From Octopus sinensis (Eukaryota), in assembly GCF_006345805.1 (NCBI RefSeq), contig NC_043002.1, positions 73,718,001-73,782,000 on the forward strand: a DNA stretch of 64,000 nt. Reading direction: 5' to 3'. Of this stretch, positions 10,682 through 22,205 are shown piece after piece. Position 1 is the first letter of the stretch. Each line of letters starts with the position of its first letter. Below the pieces are notes generated by a model that searched no databases, had not been told where the DNA came from, and was given only the letters and a program-made list of their open reading frames with translations. A program made the translations under genes and the position numbers.

Positions 10682-10892
10682 CCTTTTCATTACTATATTT
10701 ATTTTGAGATGCCCTGTGTTTCTTTCAATTACTTTAAATATAATTACTTTAGTAAAATAACTTAGTTATCATTCAGCTAGTGTTAGGAACATAAATTATG
10801 ACTAAGGTTTGGCGGAAAATTTTGATTCGAAACTTATGAAAACAAGACATTTGTAGCCAGAGCCAGTTTCAGCCGAGTTGGTAATGAAAGGG
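10682..10892. mobile_element. piggyBac-type MITE (~211 bp)
   Basis: TIRs CCTTTTCATTAC / GTAATGAAAGGG, with TTAA on the right (10893..10896) and a decayed left TSD (GAAA). The internal sequence matches 50181..50392. Confidence 0.8.
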
Positions 10893-11865
10893 TTAATAGA
10901 GTGTGCAAAAGTCCAAGGCATTGTTGAAAGATAGAAGTGCAGAGCTTTGAAGCCTAAAAGAATAAAAGCAAATTATTCCGTCTATCCCATACAATGTATA
11001 GTTTGAATATAACTATTTTGCATAGATCTGTGGCAGAAAGATAATTCCAAAAGAAAGGGTATATAAATTGAGAAAGTGTAGTACAAACACTAATGGTGCA
11101 TGAGCTTTGAGAAACATTCGAGTTAGTTGAAATAATTGTGAGAATTATCCCAAAATAGTCTTGGAGTATTACTATGTTTGATAACACAATGTGACAAATT
11201 TTTTTGCCTTTGATTAGTAAGTGTTATTTCCTATTTGCTTCTATCTAGAAATCAAAGGAAATTACTATTCCCTTCATACTGCTTTTGTGACCTGGACATC
11301 AATGTTTTGAAACTGACATATTTTCCATCACATTTCAGATTCAGTGCTGAGTTGCTGAAGCAGAAATATCGTTATAGCAAATATTCTGCTCAATACCACA
11401 GATTTGTATATTAGTTGACCTTAACCACTTGAGCATGTCTCTTAGTGGCTGACAATATGTGCATTTCTGATCATGAACAGAAGTAGAGGGGGGATATCAT
11501 AGCCATGTGTTGAGAGGGATGCTTTTGGGTTTGAATAAATATCATAAAAGCAAAGTTTGAAGGAAATATTGGCCATTTTTCATACTTTCTAGGAGTAAGT
11601 AAATAGGAAATAACAGTTGCTGCTCAAGGATAAAAATTGTGTTACATGGTGTAATAGATGTGTTGAGCAGCAAAGCTGGAAGTTCTGAAACATGAAGTTC
11701 ACTTTGACAATTGGTCCATAATTCATTTCTTTAAGTTTCCAATAAAGAGAAGTATAAAAGTAGAGATGCAATGTAACCAACTGATGAATTTAATAAATAT
11801 ATGCCAAGTTGCAGGAAAATAAACTGGGTCTAAACAGAAAAAATTTCATGACTTTCCCATAAAAG

Positions 11866-12995
11866 AATCATCATCATCATTACTGTTTAACATCTGTTTT
11901 CCATGCTGGCATGGGATGGACAGTTTGACTGGGGACTGGCAAGCCGGGAGGCTACACCAGGCTCCAATCTGATATGGCAAGGTTTCTACAGCTGGGTGCC
12001 CTTCATAATGCTGACCACTCCGAAAGTGTAGTGGGTGCTTTTTACATACCACCAGCATGGGTGCCAGTCAGGCAGCACTGGCATCGGCCATGACTATGAT
12101 TTCACTCAGTTCAACAGGTCTTCACAAGCACAGCATATTGCCCAACAATTGGAGGGTGCTTTTAAATGGGTCAGTTATGTGATACTGGCATCAGCCACGA
12201 CTACAATCTCACTTGGCTTGCTGGGTCTTCTCAAGCACAAGCATATCTCCCAAATTTTCGGTTGCTTGTCAACGTTTGAAGGTCCTGTTTCACCACATTG
12301 GGTCTACCTCTTCCACTGTTAGGGTGTGACACTTCTTCACACAGCTGTTCTCATCCATATCAAACACATGACCATACCAGCACAGTCGTCTCTCTTGCCC
12401 ACTTCATCTGATGCTTCTTATATCCTACTTTTCTCTCAGGGTACTTACACTCTGTCATGTATGCACACTGACATTACACATTCAGCAGAGCATACTAGCT
12501 TCATTTCTTTCAAGCCTATGTTTTACTGCCATGTAACATGGCTGTTTGTAATAGGCTATATACAGTCTACCTTTCACTCTGAGCAAGAGGCCCTTTGTTT
12601 CCAAAAGAAATAGGAGCTCTCAGAAATTTGCTTAGGCTATTCTTATTCTAGCAGCTACATTCTCAGAGCATCCACCTCTGCTACTGTTTTGGTCACCTAG
12701 GTAACAGAAGTTATCAACTACTTCTAGTTTTTCCTCCTGACATATGATGGAATCTGTTTTCTCTACATTGTTGATGTTTATTGCACCTGTGCATCTGCCA
12801 CACACAAAAACTATCTTCCCAGTTAACCTTCCTCTGATATTACTGCACCTCTTATGTGTCTGTAGCTTACACCGGGTACATCTTATGGAGTTTTACCTAC
12901 ACCTTTTCTACAGATCGAGCAAGGCCATCTACCTGAAGGGATTTGTAATTTGTCCACCTTCCTATTTACTAAGGCTTTGGTTTTGGTTTTAATTC
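11866..12995 (-). mobile_element. 5'-truncated RTE-clade LINE (RT C-terminal part with PHD-like finger, 3'UTR, (GAT)n tail)
   Basis: Minus strand reads KTKALVNRK...PSGRWPCSICRKGVG(fs)NSIRCTRCKLQTHKRCSNIRG...FVCGRC...KLEVVDNFCYLGDQ. It is colinear with the copy at 20892..22050. Confidence 0.85.
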
Positions 12996-14142
12996 GATCT
13001 ACTCAACTGGATTCAGTTTCATGCGCCTAAAATATGTGTAGTGTTATATTAAATCTCTTTGTTTATGTTATTGCCAGAAAAGAATTACATCAGTTATTCT
13101 ATAGGGACTATACTGCTTTTTATTTTTTTTACAATAGTCTTTTTTAAAAAACTTACCTTGAAAATGTTAATTGCAGAATGTTTATGTTATCTCTCTGTAA
13201 AAGATATGAATTGTGTTGAAGGGAGTTATTTATTAGACTTCTTGTGTGTGTGTAGGAAGGTTTTGGCATACTTATCAGTCTCTTTTCATTAGACTCAGTG
13301 AAGCAATTCTTACTGAGATTTTTAGTCCACACTTTCCTTGGGAAAAAGCCAAAATCTTCTTTTAACACGCAATTAACACTATAAACCTTAGTTCCCATCA
13401 GATTAAATTAAGCAGCGTCAAGCCAGAAAGATATTTTATATGAGTGGCCATTTGCGATAAAACACCTATGTAATTAATTGATCCATGATTTCTGTCTATT
13501 TATAGTTTCTGTGTCTAATGAGAGTTCCAGCCAGGCTTCCACTGTTATCTAAATTCAAAATTATGATATGAATTATTTTGGAAATGTTAGCCACATTCTG
13601 CCTATCAAAGAATAGCAAGCGTTGACTCAGGTAAGTCATACTTCAACTTTAGCATCAACATTTTGATTTGATTCCAAATCAGCTTCCAAGAATTAATTGA
13701 TTGTTTTCCTTCATACATTATGATCACTTAGTCTTAGTATGTTTCTTCTGTATCCCCGCCGCCACTCTTACTTGGACTTACTCTCTTTCACTATTCTTCC
13801 GCCACTTTGCAATCTCATTCTCTCTCTGCCTCTTTTCCTCTTCTTCCTTTCTTCTTCGTCATTTTTGTTCATCATAAACTACAATCACAAGCCAACCGTT
13901 GTATACGTGCTGCAGCTATTTCGATTCGGCAAGCAATCAAGATTGACAAAAGAAGGTCAAATCAATCAGCCACTGTTTTCTAAAGTTTATAGAGCAAAGT
14001 ACACACTATAGTCAACAGGCTTTCGTTCTCTGGTTACCTTCATTTTCAGTGTTTATTTACCAGTAGTCAGTGGATATTTTATTGCATCACTTTGATTATG
14101 GTTTCTTGAATTCTCCAACTTCATCATAAACATGTCATTGTT

Positions 14143-14345
14143 GTTGCTGTTGTTTAACCCCAGACAAATCTTGATTGAACAAACCTATGATCAAAGGTGT
14201 TCCAGTTATGATCATTTCAACTTGTTTTGTATGCAAGGAACTCAAGACTACATTATACAATGTTTCCATTTTTAAGATGGCAACATGAGACTTAAGGAAG
14301 ATTTTGCTGTTACATCTAGCAGGTCAAATGACTATGTAGAGGCTC
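14143..14345 (-). mobile_element. SINE-like family C ((AAC)n-tailed)
   Basis: GTTGTTGTTTAACCCCAG...CCTATGATCAAAGG..TTCCAG..ATGATCAT. Related copies at ~42595, 49790, 53960, 54440, 55205 and 59760. Confidence 0.6.
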
Positions 14346-14458
14346 CCTAATTATCTTGTCGCTATAAAGATGTGTGTGTGTGTGTATATACCTTAAACAT
14401 AACATACATATATACATACATACATATTACATATGTATATATATATATATTTATATAT

Positions 14459-14535
14459 CTACACTCTCAGAGTGGTTAGCGTTAGGGAGGGCATTCAGCT
14501 GTAGAAACTCTGCCAGATCAGATTGGAGTCTGGTA
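14459..14535 (+). mobile_element. Short fragment of the RTE 3' tail
   Basis: CTACACTCTCAGAGTGGTTAGCGTTAGGGAGGGCATTCAGCTGTAGAAACTCTGCCAGATCAGATTGGAG matches 19128..19200. Confidence 0.75.
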
Positions 14536-14846
14536 TTTATGGAGTTATTCTCAGTAGCTTCGTAATGTTTAGGCATTCATTCAATATGGAGGAGATAAGT
14601 CATGTTTTGACTTTCTCCCTTAATATAATTATGTGTGTGTGTGTGTGTGTTGATTATGCCTGCACTGATGATTAGAAACTGCATTTTGTGCACTAACTAT
14701 GAAATCATATTATTTGTGGCTGAATCTGTTTTTTAGGAGCTCACTTCAAGAGTTGCATTCCCTCGCGTTCGGTACACTGTATTTATTATGGTAGTTTTGA
14801 CTTTAAGAGTCCCTCATAGCATGAGGCATTTACATGTAGTGATGCC

Positions 14847-14907
<61 letters not shown>

Positions 14908-15359
14908 ATATTATTAATTTAATATATGAATTGTTTATTTCCATGCTGACAACCTGATAATTATCATTAGCATGATTTTTATCCTTATTTTATGAATATA
15001 AATAAATAAAATATCAGTACAATAGTTTTACTCCTCATCAAAAACCTGCATTTTCTGTGGTCATGTGTTCATTGTGAGAAGATTTAGATCTAACATTTTC
15101 AAATCTATACTTGCAAGTATTTGTGTATAGACATGCAAACTCACTTTGTTATGGGTATGTACTAACACTTGTTCATATATTTTTACATGTATTGTGCTGA
15201 TGATGGAAAGAAAATCTAAGATTTTAACCTTGAAATCAGTTAATTCACAATTAATGTGGAGTCTTTTTTAAATATCTTCTCACTAGCCTGCTTTCAATAG
15301 TATGTATTTATGGGGTTTTTCTCGGTAGCTTCATAATGTTAAGACATTCTTTCAGTGTG

Positions 15360-15433
15360 GTACGTACGTACATACGTACGTACGTACATACATACATACA
15401 TACATACATACATACATACGTACTTACGTACAT
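15360..15433. repeat. (TACG/TACA)n tetranucleotide microsatellite
   Basis: Read directly from the sequence. Confidence 0.9.
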
Positions 15434-15770
15434 AAATTAAAGAAGACAAATGAAAATAGTTACACCATTAAATGTCATGAAGTGAAAATGTTTTTTTTAA
15501 AAACAATTCACAGAAAAATAAGTTTCATCATTTTTTTTTATTGAAAGAGTAACATTTTCTTTTAATTGTCAAAGAAAAAGATTTCTTATGGAATATAGGG
15601 TTTCTCTTTTCACAAAAAGTTAATATTTCTCATCATCTTTATAAATATAATACAGAAACTGTCTCTTAAAAAAATTTGTTAGGAACTAGTTTTTATTGTT
15701 TTTGAACTTATTAAAAAATAAGGTTGGTGCTTACAATAGTAACATTCTAATTTTTTCATTTAGTCTAGAC

Positions 15771-15918
15771 CAGTGGTTCTCCACCTGTGGTACACAAAGA
15801 CAGTACTGGGGGTCCGTGAAATGAATTCAAAATTTCAGATGTATATATATATATACATATACATAAGGATAAGCATATTAAAAGGGGTCCTTGGTAGTGA
15901 AAACATTGGGAACCACTG
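15771..15918. mobile_element. hAT-Charlie-type MITE (148 bp)
   Basis: TIRs CAGTGGTTCTC / GGGAACCACTG. The 8-bp TSD GTCTAGAC (15763..15770) vs GTCTAAAC (15919..15926) fits the Charlie NTCTAGAN target preference. Confidence 0.85.
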
Positions 15919-16354
15919 GTCTAAACCTTCTTTCTATCCTTGAGTTTATTTCACATGTGGTAATATTACGTAGTCAATGATGTTTATGTTGATTTCTTGA
16001 AAAGAGATGTAACTAGTAGCTCTGTGATTACAAAAGGTAAATTTGTTAGTATATGGTCAGTAATGTACACTAATTAAAACTTAATTCATATAAATAATTC
16101 AAAACAGTTATCCAGGAATGTTTTCCTGCCTTCCTTCATATAACAGCTGAATTCTTTTCCATATATTTGTTAAGATTGTTTATAGATCTTCAGATTATGG
16201 CATCATATAACAAAGTTGACACACATTAGGGCGACTTTTGTTTCCATGGCTGTTCTTTACATTTGTCAATAGGCTGTTTCACCAAATGCAAAGACCGTAT
16301 ATTTTAGAATGAACTGAGGACCATCTACAATACATTTTTTATCAATGTCGAGCC

Positions 16355-16556
16355 TTACAGACTTGTTAGCATGCCAGACAAAATGCTTAGCAGCATTTCA
16401 TCTGTCTTTATATTCTGAGTTCAAATTCTGCCAAGTTTGACTTAGCCTTCCATCCTTTCAGGGTCAATAAAATAAGTACCAGTGAAGCACTTGGGTCTAT
16501 GTGATCGACTTACCCCCTCCTTCGAACTTACTGGCCTTGTGCCAAAATTTGAAATC
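16355..16556 (+). mobile_element. SINE family B
   Basis: TTAGCATGCCAGACAAAATGCTTAG...GAGTTCAAATTCTGCC...CCTTCCATCCTTTCAGGGTCAATAAAATAAGTACCAG...GGCCTTGTGCCAAAATTTG. Confidence 0.8.
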
Positions 16557-17283
16557 GATATGTTCTGGTAATCCATGATTGTGTGTAATTTTATATCAAA
16601 GATTCCCTACATCACACATAACAAAGTATTGTTGTTGAATGTATTAGGTAGATGGGCGAGTATATCAAGACCATCTTGTATAAAGCTCTTTATATGTCTG
16701 AAGAAAGGTTTCATAAATATGTCTCAAAAGTTATTTAAGTGATGTGTATCACACGTCAGGCCTGCTGTGATGGGTCTCAGTTGCATATCAGCTAATGGTA
16801 GTATGATTGCACAATTAGATCTTTGCTTTTATGCATGTGCATGTGTGTCTTTTATTGCATGTGCATATGCAGGAGAGGCGTGGATAACATACACATTCAT
16901 ACAGATAGACATATAAACATGTGTATATGTACCTTTTCTCCCCCTCTCTCTCTATGTATATGTATATTTATATTATATGTTTGTGTGTACATATAGATAC
17001 ACATACTACTATATATATCTTTGTGTGCATATACTGTATGCGTGTGTGTGTTCATTTGTTTGTTTGTCCCTTTATTCTGAATTGCATCTTTTCATGTCAA
17101 AAAGTGACAGAGCCACCTGATTAACAGAGATCGATAAAATAAATACCATAGCGAAATTGTGACTGAAATCCATTTTTGATTGACAGTGAAGAGCCCCAGT
17201 ATGGCCCAGTCCATTGACTTAAGCAACTAAATCAATGCTCTACAATATGCGTGGTTATATGTATGTGTTAATATATATATACC

Positions 17284-17289
<6 letters not shown>

Positions 17290-17314
<25 letters not shown>

Positions 17315-17754
17315 GCATATATGCATTATGTATATATACATATATACATCATGTGTGTATTTATATACATAATATAGATATATATATTCAATATATATAT
17401 TTTCATACATACATAATATATACAGTGAGACTGTATGTGTTCTTCTGTGTGTGTGTGTGTGTGTCAGTGTGTGTGTGTTTGTGCATGTGTTGTGCGTGTG
17501 TGTGTGTGTGTGTTAGTGTGTGTTTGGCCAAATATTAGCCAATTGATCAAAGAAATAAAAACGGAAAATTATTCCAGTTTGTTTTTTTTGTTTCTTTCTC
17601 TTTCAGAACACTACTTTAGTTCGTGACATCATCATCTTTTAAGTCGTTATCAAAGTCACTTTGATTCCTTTGAGTTAGTAATTCACTCAGCTTCAGTTGA
17701 CAAGTATTACCTTGCCTAGCTTTAGATCCGTTTCTTGTGTGTGTGTGTGTGTGT

Positions 17755-17795
<41 letters not shown>

Positions 17796-18214
17796 TATAT
17801 GCATTATGTATATATACATATATACATCATGTGTGTATTTATATACATAATATAGATATATATATTCAATATATATATTTTCATACATACATAATATATA
17901 CAGTGAGACTGTATGTGTTCTTCTGTGTGTGTGTGTGTGTGTCAGTGTGTGTGTGTTTGTGCATGTGTTTGTGCGTGTGTGTGTGTGTGTGTTAGTGTGT
18001 GTTTGGCCAAATATTAGCCAATTGATCAAAGAAATAAAAACGGAAAATTATTCCAGTTTGTTTTTTTTGTTTCTTTCTCTTTCAGAACACTACTTTAGTT
18101 CGTGACATCATCATCTTTTAAGTCGTTATCAAAGTCACTTTGATTCCTTTGAGTTAGTAATTCACTCAGCTTCAGTTGACAAGTATTACCTTGCCTAGCT
18201 TTAGATCCGTTTCT

Positions 18215-18235
<21 letters not shown>
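17290..18235. repeat. Near-perfect tandem duplication with a ~478-479 bp period, bounded by (TG)n(TA)n tracts
   Basis: GCATATATGCATTATG at 17315 and 17793; CCGTTTCTTG at 17728 and 18207. The differences I found are only in run or microsatellite lengths. Confidence 0.9.
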
Positions 18236-18288
<53 letters not shown>

Positions 18289-18299
18289 GATATATATTT

Positions 18300-18406
18300 A
18301 TATTAGAACTGATCTGTAATTGTGGTAGAGTAAGACGCTGAGAAGTGGAAAAGTCTCTTCTGCATTTCATTTCACTTGATGCCACTCAATTACATTTTGG
18401 AGTGAT
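18300..18406. repeat. 107-bp segment duplicated in inverted orientation at 19738..19844
   Basis: Manual reverse-complement alignment shows 4 mismatches in 107 nt. Confidence 0.9.
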
Positions 18407-18829
18407 GAAGACCACAAGACTTTCAGTGACTCCCTTAAAATATGGGAACTCTGTGTCTACTGAAAAGAAACCAGATGCAAAAACGCCTCTGTGATGTGCA
18501 GTATTTCTTTTAAAGCGAAACTAACCTTCTGGAAAGACAAATTTTTATCTTGCTTTCATACCTTCCTTAAGCAAGTTTTCTCTTCATGCATCTCTTGTAT
18601 TCTCAAAAAAATACTTGAACTTCAAATCTGTCACTACAAACCTATTACTTATATATACAGAATCGATATCATTCCTGCAATCATAAAACACTTTTCTAAT
18701 AGTAAGTATTTAAGTCCACAAAGCATATATCATGTTTATATTCATTTAATTTCTCTTAGATAGGGGTAAATGTTTAAAGAACAGAGTATTCTTACTCTGT
18801 GTGTGTATATATATATATATGTTTCGCAT

Positions 18830-19290
18830 AGCCCCAGCCCATCCAAAGTACCTTGGATTGCAGAACGACCTGCTGTGCTTACCTTGGATCGTAGGGTGAC
18901 CTGCTGTGCTTGAGGAGACCTATTGAGTCAAGTACATCAACATCAAAATAAATATCAATTGGAAATTGTAGTTGTGATACCTGTGCCGGTGGCACGTAAA
19001 AAGCACCATCCGAACGTGGCCGATGCCAGCGCCACCTTGACTGGTTTCTGTGCCGGTGGCACATAAAAAGAAACCAACCAATCGGGGCTGCTGCCAGCCT
19101 CCCCTGGCACCTGTGTAAAAAGCACCCACTACACTCATGGAGTGGTTGGCGTTAGGAAGGGCATCCAGCTGTAGAAACACTGCCAGATCAGACTGGAGCC
19201 TGGTGCAGCCTCCTAGTTTCCCAGACCCCGGTCAAACCGTCCAACTCATGCTAGCACGGAAAATGGACGTTAAATGATGATGATGATGAT
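18830..19290 (+). mobile_element. RTE LINE 3' end (repeat-rich 3'UTR and (GAT)n tail)
   Basis: AAAAGCACCCACTACACTC..GAGTGGTTGGCGTTAGGAAGGGCATCCAGCTGTAGAAAC...GGACGTTAAATGATGATGATGAT is the reverse complement of the tail of the RT-bearing copy at 20892. Confidence 0.8.
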
Positions 19291-19305
19291 ATATATATAC
19301 ACACA

Positions 19306-19476
19306 CTTTATTGAAAAGCAGCAGAAATATTAATAAAACTGTTACTCAGAGTTTTACATTCCTGTTCATTGGACATTTTCTAAACAAAATTATCCAATGA
19401 ATGAGAATGTGAAACTCTGGTATTTGAGTACTCTTTTTTCCACCTTATTTTGCATTTGTGTGCTTACTCCAGTATA
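19306..19476. mobile_element. Second copy of the palindromic hammerhead-bearing element, with cores in both arms
   Basis: Arms at 19347..19379 and 19386..19419 are inverted (~27/33). Each carries CCAATGA-N3-(G/A)GAA-TGT-(A/G)AAA-CTCTG. The tail matches 3113..3180. Confidence 0.6.
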
Positions 19477-19481
19477 TATAT

Positions 19482-19533
<52 letters not shown>

Positions 19534-19574
19534 GTGTGTGTGTGTGTGTAAATTATTTAAACAAGGTGTAGTAG

Positions 19575-20066
19575 TAGTTGTGTGGTAAGTAGCTTGCTTA
19601 CCAACCACATGGTTCCGGGTTAGTCCCACTGCATGGCACCTTGAGCAAATGTCTTCTACTATAGCCTCAGGCCGACCAAAGCCTTCTGAGTGGATTTGGT
19701 TGATGGAAACTGAAAGAAGCCCGTTGTATATATGTATATCACTCCAAAATGTAATTGAGTGGCATCAAGTGAAATGAAATGCGGAAGAGACTTTTCCACT
19801 TCTTGGCGTCTTACTCTACCACAATTACAGAACAGTTCTAATATGTATGTGTGTGTGTTTGTGTGTCTGTGTTTGTCCCCTCCACATCGCTTGACAACCA
19901 ATGCTAGTGTGTTTATGTCCCCATAACTTTGCAGTTCAGCAAAAGAGACTGATAGAATAAGTACAAGGCTTACAAAGAATAAATCCAGGGGTCGATTTGC
20001 TCGACTAAAGGTGGTGCTCCAGCATGGCCACAGTCAAATGACTGAAACAAGTAAAAGAGTAAAGAG
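19575..20066 (+). mobile_element. SINE family A with a 107-bp foreign insert in its central (TA)n spacer
   Basis: Head and tail are colinear with 8848..9221; the extra segment is 19738..19844. Confidence 0.85.
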
Positions 20067-20891
20067 TCATCATTTCATCCAACTGGTTGATGTATACATC
20101 TGCTGTAATTGATTTACCAGGTCTCATGAAGCTGTAGTGGATTACACCAGTGCTGGACCACTAAACTGACACCATTAGCCTTTTTGGTGAATATTCTTTT
20201 TTGGATTGTGTTTTGGCACTTTATCTCTATCCAACCACTGTGCAGAATGGTTGCTATTGTTGTAAAGAATCTATCTTTTCATCACATGTAACAATACAAT
20301 GTGAAAATGGTTTGCTTTTATGCCATGACAGCAAGTTTCAAGACGATGTGTCATTTAATGCTCATTCAGTTCATGTGGTACCCACTAGTCCAGATTCTTT
20401 ACCTTGCCAATTTGTTTCAGATGGTCCACTACAGTTGGAATCGAAACATCAAACCTTGCTGCTAATTCCTCATGCGTAGCTTGAGATGTATCTGCTTCCA
20501 CTATAGTTTCCAGTTCATCATTATCTACCTAGATCTCAGGTCTACCACAGGGCTGATTTTCAAGAGTAAAGTCACCAAACTGGAACTTTTCAAGCCATCA
20601 GCATACAGTGTACTCATTTGCTACATCTTTACTAAATACCTCATTGATGTTTCAAGCTGGGATGCATTGGTTCCACAACGGAACTCATATTCATAAACAC
20701 AAATTTTTTATCTATCCATGGATTCACAAAAATTGATTTACAACAGAAAACTCACCATTGCATTTCAAAAAGTGATGATGTATCTCTTCAATATTGTAAA
20801 ACAAAGAATTATCCGGATGAAACATTAGAGTTAATGACAGTGAAACTTGATGTACTGGAAAATCAGACATTTCATTCTTAATGATCTGATA
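20067..20891 (-). mobile_element. Mariner (Hsmar1/SETMAR-like) transposase pseudogene, 5' half with TIR remnant
   Basis: Minus frames read YEFRCGTNASQ, NINEVFSKDVANEYTV, FGDFTLENQPCGRP, LKQIGKVKNLD*WVPHELNEH, IVTCDEK and GVIHYSFMRPGKSITADVYINQLDEM. The WVPHEL and TCDEKW motifs are diagnostic. The probable start ATG is at 20719. Confidence 0.9.
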
Positions 20892-22050
20892 TCATCATCA
20901 TCATCATCATCGTTTAATATCCGCTTTCCATGCTAGCATGGGTTGGACGATTTTGACTGATGGCTGGTGAACCAGATGGCTGCACCAGGCTCCAATCTTG
21001 ATTTGGCAGTTTCTACAGCTGGATGCCCTTCCTAATGCCAACCACTCTGAGAGTGTAGTGGGTGCTTTTTACGTGCCACAAGCACGGGGGCCAGTCAGGC
21101 GGTACTGGCAACAACCTCGCTCGAATCCTTTTACACATGCCACCAGCACAGGTGCCAGTAAGGCGACTTTGGTAATGATCACGCTTGAATGGTGCCCTTT
21201 TATGTGCCACTGGCATGGAAGCCAGTTGGCTGCTCTGGCAACGGTCACGCTTGGATGGTACTCTTGGCACCCTACTAGCACGGGCACAAGTGCCTGTAAG
21301 GCGACGCTGGTAACGATCACGCTCAAATGGTGCCCTTGAAGTGCCACTGGCATGGAAGCCAGTTAGCCGCTCTATCAATGATCACGCTCGTATGGTACTC
21401 TTTGCACCCTGCTAGCATGGACGCCAGTCATCGAATTTGATTTTGATTTTGCTTTTGATTGATTCACCACTTCATTCCAGGTCTTCCTGGGTCTACCTCT
21501 TCCACAGGTTCCCTCAACCTCCAGGGTGTGGCCCTTTTTCACACAGCTGTCCTTGTCCATTCTTGCCACATGACCATACCAGCGCAGTCGTCTCTCTTGC
21601 ACACCACATCTGATGCTTCTTAGGTCCAACTTTTCTCTCAAGGTACTTACACTCTGTCGAGTATGCACACAGACATTACATATCCATCGGATCATACTGG
21701 CTTCATTCCTTGCAAGCTTACGCATGTCCTCAGCAGTCACAGCCCATGTTTCACTGCCATGTAGCATGGCTGTTCGTACACAAGCGTCATACAGTCTACC
21801 TTTTACTCTGAGCAAGAGGCCCTTTGTCACCAGCAGAGGCAAGAGCTCTCTGAACTTTGCCCAAGCTATTCTTATTCTAGCAGCTACACTTTCAGTGCAC
21901 CCACCTCCGCTACTGACTTGGTCTCCTAGGTAACGGAAGCTATCAACTACTTCTAGTTTTTCTACCTGGAATGTGGCGGAAGTTGGTCTCTGCGCATTTT
22001 CAGTGTTTATTGCTCCCAAGCATCTGCCACATACAAAAACTATCTTCCCA
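20892..22050 (-). mobile_element. 5'-truncated RTE-clade LINE, relatively young (open frame 21375..22019)
   Basis: KLEVVDSFRYLGDQ...RIRIAWAKFRELLPLL...KGRLYDACVRTAMLHGSETW...QERRLRWYGHVARM...GRGRPRKTW is a typical RTE RT C-terminus. It is followed by a repeat-rich 3'UTR and a (GAT)n tail. Confidence 0.92.
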
Positions 22051-22205
22051 GCAAGGGTGACTGTGTGGTTAGAAGCTTGCTTCCCAACTACATGGTTCTG
22101 GTTTCAGTCCCACTGCGTGGCATCTATCAGAAGTGTCTTCTACTACAACCTTGGCCAATCAAAGCCTTGTGAGTGGATTTGGTAGACGGAAACTAAAAGA
22201 AGTCT
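22051..22205 (+). mobile_element. SINE family A, 5' half
   Basis: GTGACTGTGTGGTTAGAAGCTTGCTTCCCAACTACATGG...TTTCAGTCCCACTGCGTGGCA...GGATTTGGTAGACGGAAACT. Confidence 0.8.

Noticed and set aside
20201-20696. Plus-strand ORFs 20201..20479 and 20472..20696
   Set aside because: They are antisense shadows of the mariner transposase fossil.
21613-22185. Plus-strand ORFs over the RTE copies (also 12326..12613 and 12744..12992)
   Set aside because: They are antisense shadows of the LINE RT.
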